Assembly (NCBI GenBank): GCA_965243025.1
Contig: CBDETY010000003.1
Coordinates: forward strand, 3,104,001-3,168,000
DNA: 64,000 nucleotides
Reading direction: 5' to 3'
Origin: Candidatus Latescibacterota bacterium
GTDB lineage: Bacteria; Latescibacterota; UBA2968; UBA8231
Shown: piece after piece, positions 58,501-64,000 of the stretch
How positions within the stretch are numbered: position 1 is the first letter of the stretch
Layout of the letters: every line of letters begins with the position of its first letter
Program-made: the position numbers and the translations under genes
Notes under the pieces: model-generated
Seen by the model: the letters and a program-made list of their open reading frames with translations, nothing else
Databases searched by the model: none
Told to the model about the DNA's origin: nothing

Positions 58501-58773
58501 GAGGCGGGTCGCCGTCTCCCCCATGCCGGCGTAGATGACGTTGGGGTCGGACTCGGCGACCGCCAGGGCCCCGACCGGGGCGGAGTTGAAGTACCCGTCG
58601 GAGACGTTCTGCCAGTAGGTGCCGGCGTCCTCCGTCTTCCACACTCCGCCGGCGCAGGCGCCGAAGTAGAAGACCGGGGTCTCTGTCGGATGGCCGGCAA
58701 CGGCGACCACGCGCCCGCCCCGGGGCGGGCCTATGCATCGGTATTTCAGGGCCTGTATCGCGCTTTTGTCCAT
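55588..58773 (-). CDS. VPS10/BNR-repeat glycosyl hydrolase-like protein
   Basis: RCIGPPRGGR, many Asp boxes, HGDNHDLWI, THGRSFWILDD and GLNRFVWDL motifs. No signal peptide. Confidence 0.88.
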   Translation of the reverse strand: MDKSAIQALKYRCIGPPRGGRVVAVAGHPTETPVFYFGACAGGVWKTEDAGTYWQNVSDGYFNSAPVGALAVAESDPNVIYAGMGETATRLDISWGDGVYRSSDAGRTWAHTGLEDTHHVGKIRVHPDDPDLVYVAAFGHLFGPNDQRGVYRSRNGGGDWERVLFASDKAGAVDLSMDPNNPRIIYAAVWEAYRNFWNMSSGGPGSGLHKTCDGGDTWEDLSDKPGFPEGIKGKIGVAVSPARPQRVWAVVEAEEAGLYRSDDGGENWQRVSGSRDLVHRPFYYCHIFADPQDADTLYILNLRMWKSTDGGATFTEVSTPHGDNHDLWIDPRNPRRMAQGNDGGACISLNGGESWSTIYNQPTSQFYRISVDSQFPYRVCATQQDNSSISVPSATEFGGITWQHCYPVGTGESGDIAVDPKDPGIVFIGAIGSSPGGNGALQRYDHYTRQIRLVNVWPEDATGRDTSDLKYRFNWTFPIAYSKHEEDVIYVAGNMLFRTRDEGSSWEAVSPDLTRGEPETLLASGGPLTKDASGAEHYGTIYAFAESPLEAGVLWAGSDDGLVHVSRDNGGEWKAVTPPDLEPRTMVANIEASHHEAGTAYVAATRFKLDDYGAYLYKTDDYGETWRSLAGGFPEGEISRVVREDPEQPGLLYAGTETGIVWSPDDGVTWHSLRNNLPVVPVYDIAVARGDLVAGTHGRSFWILDDLTPLRDLAAGGAADADALYAPRTTVRHTLHWSAAMFRSDNESVKNYMMGLGANAGYYVMTDANGEVGRKWLDAGENPPKGAIIYYSLAAEPGEPIELTISDSEGQVVRSFRSRPPDSDDAGDELHVPAEAGLNRFVWDLRCPGADKITEETPVRDHPESLMKPPGKGQGPMVPPGRYGVRLKVGEASFEQSFEVVRDPRVSTAQADFEAQFELGSQVRDRIEQANGIVDRIRRIQRQLQEWKTRAEAHGAGEIAARAGELCDGITELEALLVQIGDESPGDILRLPRQLITRLATVANVVGIADAAPPKQARELFDDLSAQLDDIEERLDRFAERELAAFDEQVRESGLPAVVVD

Positions 58774-59009
58774 GTCGGGGCCGCCCTTTCCGGCCGGGTT
58801 TCAAAGTTCTGGTCAGGGGTCACTGCGAGGTGGAACAGACAGGCGCGCCAAGATACCCGGGCAATCGGCGTTTATCAAGATCGGTGGCGCTGGATTTCGC
58901 CGGCGGGGACGGGTATTGCTCCGCCCCCCGGCTCGCGGTATCGTTGGAACTCTCGCACCGGAGCGCGCCGCGGCTGCGACCCGGCGACGTTCCGCGTCGG
59001 AGGAGAACG

Positions 59010-60203
59010 ATGGCCGGCTCTGGCGTTTCAACCCGCTTCGCCACCTCACTGTCCCCTCTCGATCCCGCAGCCCTCCTGCGGCGGTCGCGGCGTACGCTCT
59101 GGTTCAGCCTGCTCGCGGCCGCTGTCCTGCACACCCTGTTCGTCGCCATCAATCCGTTCGGCGAATCCCTGCGCAAGGCGCCCCGCCCGCTGACCAACAA
59201 GTTCATCAAGCGCGAGCCCCGGCTGACCAAACCGCTGGAGCTGCGCAAGATACCGGCGCCCAAACGGAAGCTCGTCCGCCGCGACGTGCGCCCCATGCCG
59301 AACGCCCGCATGGACCGGGTCCAGGCCACCGCCTCCTTCAACACCGGCATCATCGTCTCCCAGACGGGCAACCCACGCGTTCATTTCGCCCCCTCGCAAC
59401 CGGGCCGGCAGCCGGCCCCGGACCTGACCGGCCTGTCGCACCTCGCCCTCACCGGCAGCCGCGTTCCCGAAAACAGGATCGACATGGGTCTGCAGATGCT
59501 CGACATCGGCAGCATGGACACCGGCCGCTACCGGGCGATGGTGGTGCAGGATCCCCTCGACAAACAGTCGCTGCAGGGCTTCGTCAAGCTCGCCCAGGTC
59601 CATTCCGCTCGCGCCACCGAGCTGGGCAAGGGCAGCCGCGACCTGCGCACCCTGGGGTTCCTCAGGGAGGCCCTGAACGACTATACCGGCGTGCGCGCCG
59701 ACCTCCTCGGCGACATCACCTACGACGACAGCCGCCTGATGGAGGTGCCGATCATATACCCCACCGGCGATCCCAACGAGAGCGAGATGGAGAGCCTCGC
59801 CCGCTACCTGATCGCGGGAGGATTCATCCTCGGCGGGTTGACCAGGCCGATGGAGGAGGGGCTGATCAAGTACGGCGGGCTCGTTGCCGGGCGCGATTTC
59901 TGGACGGAGAACCTGCCCGAAGGGCATCCCATCTTCTCCTCGTTCTTCGACGTCAACACCAACATTCCCTCCGGCCACTATTCCGGCATCCACATGAAAT
60001 GGTCCGGGTGGCTCAACACGACCGGCTACTTCGTGCAGGGAAGGCTGGTGGCGGTCAGCCCGGGGCAGGGCTTCGGGTTTCCAAGCCTCCAGCACTTTCC
60101 CGGCGACTACACGCGGCAGCTGCAGATGGCCGTCAACATCATCGTCTACGCCCTCACCCAGGAGGGCTCGATAACCCAGCGCCTGATGCAGATGGTCAAC
60201 TGA
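59010..60203 (+). CDS. Membrane-anchored protein with K/R/P-rich linker and C-terminal DUF4159-like domain
   Basis: One TM (LWFSLLAAAVLHTLFVAI). E.ESLARYL.AGGF, LPEGHPIFSSFFD and MAVNIIVYALT motifs. ATG at 59010 after GGAGGAG. Confidence 0.7.
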   Translation: MAGSGVSTRFATSLSPLDPAALLRRSRRTLWFSLLAAAVLHTLFVAINPFGESLRKAPRPLTNKFIKREPRLTKPLELRKIPAPKRKLVRRDVRPMPNARMDRVQATASFNTGIIVSQTGNPRVHFAPSQPGRQPAPDLTGLSHLALTGSRVPENRIDMGLQMLDIGSMDTGRYRAMVVQDPLDKQSLQGFVKLAQVHSARATELGKGSRDLRTLGFLREALNDYTGVRADLLGDITYDDSRLMEVPIIYPTGDPNESEMESLARYLIAGGFILGGLTRPMEEGLIKYGGLVAGRDFWTENLPEGHPIFSSFFDVNTNIPSGHYSGIHMKWSGWLNTTGYFVQGRLVAVSPGQGFGFPSLQHFPGDYTRQLQMAVNIIVYALTQEGSITQRLMQMVN

Positions 60204-60236
60204 CAGGGCTGCCCTGCCGCGCCTGCCCCACTCCTC

Positions 60237-63158
60237 ATGAGCGGAACATCAAAGCAAGCGGCAGCCTGGGGCCTCGCCCTGCTGACCGCCGTCCCGGCGC
60301 TGGCCCAGCGCCACCCGGAGTCCGATCAGCCGAACCTCCATTTCCGCGACGAGCCCGGGGTCCCGACCGCCCCGCCCTGGAAAAAGAGGCCGCCATTCGT
60401 TCGCGGGCCGCTCGACCGCTACGAGCGCGGCCGCACGCGCCGCTTTCTCGGCAGCGCCGCCGGGCCTCCCTACACCAACTACGCTCACCGCAAGTACATC
60501 TTCTACCTGACCGAGCGCGACGAATCCGGCGGCCTTTCGCTCCGCTACCGGAACGTCTCCTGGGACCGGATCGGCACCTACATGGGGCCGTCGTACCAGC
60601 GCGTGTTCGCCATCGAGGAAACGCGCGGCAACCGCCCCGGGGCCGGATCCTCCCTGATCGACCACCGCACGCGCGGGATCGGGGGGAGGCCGGCGTCGCT
60701 GCTGCGGGAGCTGCGCATCGGGCATTACGCCTACAAGAAGCTGCACTGGACGGTCACCGCCGGGTACGACGTGCGCACCCACTTCACCCCGCTGACCCTG
60801 GGGCGGTCGCACATGAGCATAGCCCGCATCGATCTCAACCATGCCGAGCGCGATCTGGCGACCCTGTTCTACAGCCGCGGCGCGACGGTGGGAACCAGCG
60901 TGCTGTTCTCGACGTGGACCCGCAATCCGCCCGGCGACTTCACCTTCGACGACTCCCCGGTGCTGCTCTACGGCGGCCGCTGGCAGCGCAACACCGGCGA
61001 GTACGGCCGCTTCGGGGCCACCTTCGTCAATCAGCTCATGCAGTTTCCCGCCACCCCCCGCAGCGACGGTCTGCGCGGCGACCTGCCCTACGAGATGATC
61101 GGCCCCAAGCGGATTCGCGTCGTGGCGGCCGACGACTCCCCGCTGGAGGAGCGGGCCAACGGCATGGTCCACGGCGTGCACGTGGTACTGACCGGGGCGA
61201 GGGACGGGGAACCGGTCCGCCTCTCCAGCGATCCCGCCGACCCGGACTTCGACGCCGCCCTCGAACCGGCGGTCACCGGCGGCCTCCGGAGCGGGGACGG
61301 GCGCGAAGCGGTCGGCCGCGAAACCGTGGTCTACGAGTTCCCGGTGCCCTCCGGCCTGACCGTTCACTCGGCGCGCTTTGCCGCCGAGGTCTCAGGCGAC
61401 TACCGCCTGGGTGTGGGGCAGTCGCACGACTTCCCGTTGATCGACCGCAGCGGGAACGAGAAGCTTGAAGAGCAGACCTGGCCGGCCCCTTTCGCCCCGA
61501 ACGAGCGCGCCACGCGGCGGCCGTTCAAGTGGTACATCGAGGCGGACGAGACGCCCTGGTTCACGGTTTCCCGTTCCCCCGGCTCTTCGCCGACCGCCGG
61601 CAACAGGCGCCTTGTCTCCTTCGACTACGGCATGCCCACCGGACAGGTGCTGGCATCCGTCGACTGGAGATTCGACCTGGTGGGGCTGCAGGTCAGCGGC
61701 GAGATGGCCCGCAACCTCCGGCATTTCATCTATCCGGTCGGCGCCAACCGGGGAAAACGGCACCGGGAAACCGCGCTGGCCTGGTGGATGAAGGGCCGCA
61801 GGGAGCTTGCGGACAGATTCGCCCTGGGGGTGGAGCTGTTCCGCATGGAACCGGACTACGCCGGAGGTTACGACAGCTGGCGCGGGGGGCTGCCGTTTCA
61901 CGTCGACCGCGTCTCTTCAGGCCGGGTCCGCTCGCATACGCAGGAGTTCCCCCTGCTGGAAGACAACGACGACAACGACCAGTGGCCCGACGACCACCCC
62001 AACGAGGTCCCGACCGCCGGGGATTCCTACCCGGGATGGCCCAACTCGAGAGTCTACCCGGGGCTCGACGACAACCACGACAACATCCCCGATCCCGACC
62101 GCAACGAGAACTTCATCCCCGACTGGGAAGAACCCTTCATCATGTACGACGCCGAGCCCACCGACTTCGTGTACGGCGTCGACCTGAACAACAACTCGGT
62201 TCCCGATTACCGGGAGAACGACGACCGCCCCGACTTCCCATACCCGCGCGATCAGAAGGGGAACCACGTATTTGTCGTGTTCGAGAGCCTGGGACTCGAG
62301 GGCAGCGCGCTTTCGGTGGGGCGCTACGACACCCGTCAGCTGGTCGGGGGAGGACGCTCGAGGTCGACCTACCTGCGCTACGGCTATCAGGCGGACAAAC
62401 CGGGGGTCGGCTTCGCCCTGTTCCACTGGGATCTCAAGAGGGTGGAAGACGACATCGAGGACCACACCTACGTCCACGTGATTCCACCCGAGGACGTCGA
62501 CGTCATCTCCTGGATCAACCAGCCGGACGGACCGCCCTGGTCCCCCGGCCTGCACCGCCCGGCGACGCCCGACAGTCTCTTCATGCGGGACAGCTGGGTG
62601 AGCACGGGCTTTGCCCAGACCGTGTACCGGGGGCTCGGCGGCTTCGAGGTCGAGAATTCCGCCTTGTGGATGCGCAATGCCCAGGCGGAGATCCTCGAGC
62701 CGGAGACGGACGTACTGGTGCAGCCCGAAGACGTGCGCTCCCGCTTCGCCCTGGTCAACAAGATCGGCTGCGCCTGGGAACTCCGCGCCTTGACCCTGCA
62801 GGCCCGGTTCAAGCACCGCCTGCGCTACGCAAGCGCCGGCGGCGCCGCCCGCACCTCTTCCTCGGACTTCATCCCGATCGCGACCGCCGGGTTCCGCCTT
62901 ACCGAGCACACCCATCTGCTCGCCGGCGCCCAGGGTATTCCCCTGCTCCCCTTCAAGCGCTGGGACCGGGTGCGCGCGGAGGGCACGTACACCCAGACCG
63001 ACTACGTCGCCATGATCCGCCTGCGTTCCGACTACTTCGCCGTCGCCGACAACAACTTCTTCTTCGGCATCAAACAGACGCATCGCCGATACAGCCGCTT
63101 CAAGGAGCGCGACAGGCGGGTTTCGACGATGTTCGTCGAGTTGATTACTCCCCTGTAA
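60237..63158 (+). CDS. Large exported, probable outer-membrane protein with Asp/Asn-rich Ca-binding-like repeats
   Basis: 973 aa. Signal peptide ending ALA-Q. DNDDND, DDNHDNIPD and DLNNNSVPD repeats. Amphipathic beta-strand C-terminal region. Confidence 0.65.
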   Translation: MSGTSKQAAAWGLALLTAVPALAQRHPESDQPNLHFRDEPGVPTAPPWKKRPPFVRGPLDRYERGRTRRFLGSAAGPPYTNYAHRKYIFYLTERDESGGLSLRYRNVSWDRIGTYMGPSYQRVFAIEETRGNRPGAGSSLIDHRTRGIGGRPASLLRELRIGHYAYKKLHWTVTAGYDVRTHFTPLTLGRSHMSIARIDLNHAERDLATLFYSRGATVGTSVLFSTWTRNPPGDFTFDDSPVLLYGGRWQRNTGEYGRFGATFVNQLMQFPATPRSDGLRGDLPYEMIGPKRIRVVAADDSPLEERANGMVHGVHVVLTGARDGEPVRLSSDPADPDFDAALEPAVTGGLRSGDGREAVGRETVVYEFPVPSGLTVHSARFAAEVSGDYRLGVGQSHDFPLIDRSGNEKLEEQTWPAPFAPNERATRRPFKWYIEADETPWFTVSRSPGSSPTAGNRRLVSFDYGMPTGQVLASVDWRFDLVGLQVSGEMARNLRHFIYPVGANRGKRHRETALAWWMKGRRELADRFALGVELFRMEPDYAGGYDSWRGGLPFHVDRVSSGRVRSHTQEFPLLEDNDDNDQWPDDHPNEVPTAGDSYPGWPNSRVYPGLDDNHDNIPDPDRNENFIPDWEEPFIMYDAEPTDFVYGVDLNNNSVPDYRENDDRPDFPYPRDQKGNHVFVVFESLGLEGSALSVGRYDTRQLVGGGRSRSTYLRYGYQADKPGVGFALFHWDLKRVEDDIEDHTYVHVIPPEDVDVISWINQPDGPPWSPGLHRPATPDSLFMRDSWVSTGFAQTVYRGLGGFEVENSALWMRNAQAEILEPETDVLVQPEDVRSRFALVNKIGCAWELRALTLQARFKHRLRYASAGGAARTSSSDFIPIATAGFRLTEHTHLLAGAQGIPLLPFKRWDRVRAEGTYTQTDYVAMIRLRSDYFAVADNNFFFGIKQTHRRYSRFKERDRRVSTMFVELITPL

Positions 63159-63320
63159 GCCGAACGGAATCTTGCCCGTCTGAAAACGGGTGCTCCGCCG
63201 GCAGTATCCACACCGTTCGCGTTGCTGCTGCCGGCTCCTTCCGGATTTCCCGATAGCCCTTGATACTGTGCAAAACGGCCCCTAAGCTGCCTGGATGCGA
63301 ACGCCGGAAGGAGCTGTGGA

Positions 63321-64000
63321 ATGACGCACGACGCGTATGAAAAAGGGGCCCGCTTCTACGACGGGGCGTACTCGGAGGACAATCCGGACGATGTCGCTTT
63401 TTACGTGGACCTGGCCGCGGCGGCCGGGTCTCCGGTCCTGGAGCTGGGGTGCGGTACGGGCAGGGTTGCCCTGCCGATCGCGCGCCGCGGCATAACGATT
63501 ACCGGCCTCGATTCTTCCGGAGCGATGCTGTCGGTTCTGCGCGGCAAACTCGAGGCGGAACCGGACGAGGTGCGGCGAAGGGTCGAGCTGGTGCAGGGAG
63601 ACATGCGCAGCGAGCGGCTCGGGCGCGAGTTCTCCCTGGTCATCATCCCGTTCCGGCCGATGCAGCACATGTACTCCGTCGAAGACCAGCTGGGGGCACT
63701 GACCACGGCGCGCGAACACCTGGCCGACGGCGGCCTTTTCGCCTTCGACGTGTTCTTCCCGATGCTCAGCCGGGTAGAAGGGGGGATCGGCGAGGAGTAT
63801 CTCGATTCGGAGTGGCCGGCAGCCGATGGCAGCGGCCGCGTGCACCGCCGCTACTTCCGCAAGGATGCGTACGACCCGGTCGATCTCAACTTCCGCGGCG
63901 TGTTCCTGCACCGGCTGTGCGCCGGAGACGAAGTGTTGGAAGAGGAGGAGCAGCCGTTGCGGATGTCGGTCTACACCTACCCGCACCTGAAACTGCTGTT
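63321..64000 (+). CDS. Class I SAM-dependent methyltransferase (runs off the window end; absent from the ORF track)
   Basis: Translated by eye: MTHDAYEKGARFYD...DVAFY...VLELGCGTGR...GLDSSGAML...QGDMR. RBS AAGGAG. Confidence 0.88.
   Translation, partial: MTHDAYEKGARFYDGAYSEDNPDDVAFYVDLAAAAGSPVLELGCGTGRVALPIARRGITITGLDSSGAMLSVLRGKLEAEPDEVRRRVELVQGDMRSERLGREFSLVIIPFRPMQHMYSVEDQLGALTTAREHLADGGLFAFDVFFPMLSRVEGGIGEEYLDSEWPAADGSGRVHRRYFRKDAYDPVDLNFRGVFLHRLCAGDEVLEEEEQPLRMSVYTYPHLKLL

Noticed and set aside
55912-59193. 1093-aa plus-strand ORF, and similar long ORFs (14927-17359, 58733-61468, 10908-12908, 9668-11536)
   Set aside because: Antisense or off-frame shadows of real genes in GC-rich DNA. 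They are rich in R/G/P/A and have no domain motifs.

Overview
High-GC bacterial chromosomal segment with about 48 protein genes. I see no rRNA, tRNA, CRISPR array, integrase, transposase or reverse transcriptase. The content is mostly catabolic. There are four paralogous 5-bladed-propeller (GH32/GH-J-like) proteins, four GH-like TIM-barrel proteins, three sialidase/BNR proteins, a VPS10/BNR protein, a sulfatase, two PhyH dioxygenases, an enolase-superfamily enzyme with an SDR, two aldo-keto reductases and a carbohydrate ABC transporter. It also carries a DUF1538-DUF1538-PII-CBS operon, a HelD-like helicase, vapBC, an ERG4/ERG24 sterol reductase, a PQQ dehydrogenase-ankyrin fusion, and a DUF4159-like gene next to a 973-aa exported protein. 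This mix, plus a C-terminal 'SWGRIKA' motif, suggests a Latescibacterota/Poribacteria-like, possibly sponge-associated organism (inference only). The most unusual part is 28.3-31.2 kb. It holds two tandem secreted paralogs built from a conserved framework with hypervariable loops, a small secreted CxxxC...CxC (defensin-like) peptide, and an exact 20-bp palindromic tandem duplication at the point where a neighbouring gene is cut short. All product calls come from motif recognition by eye; no database search was run.
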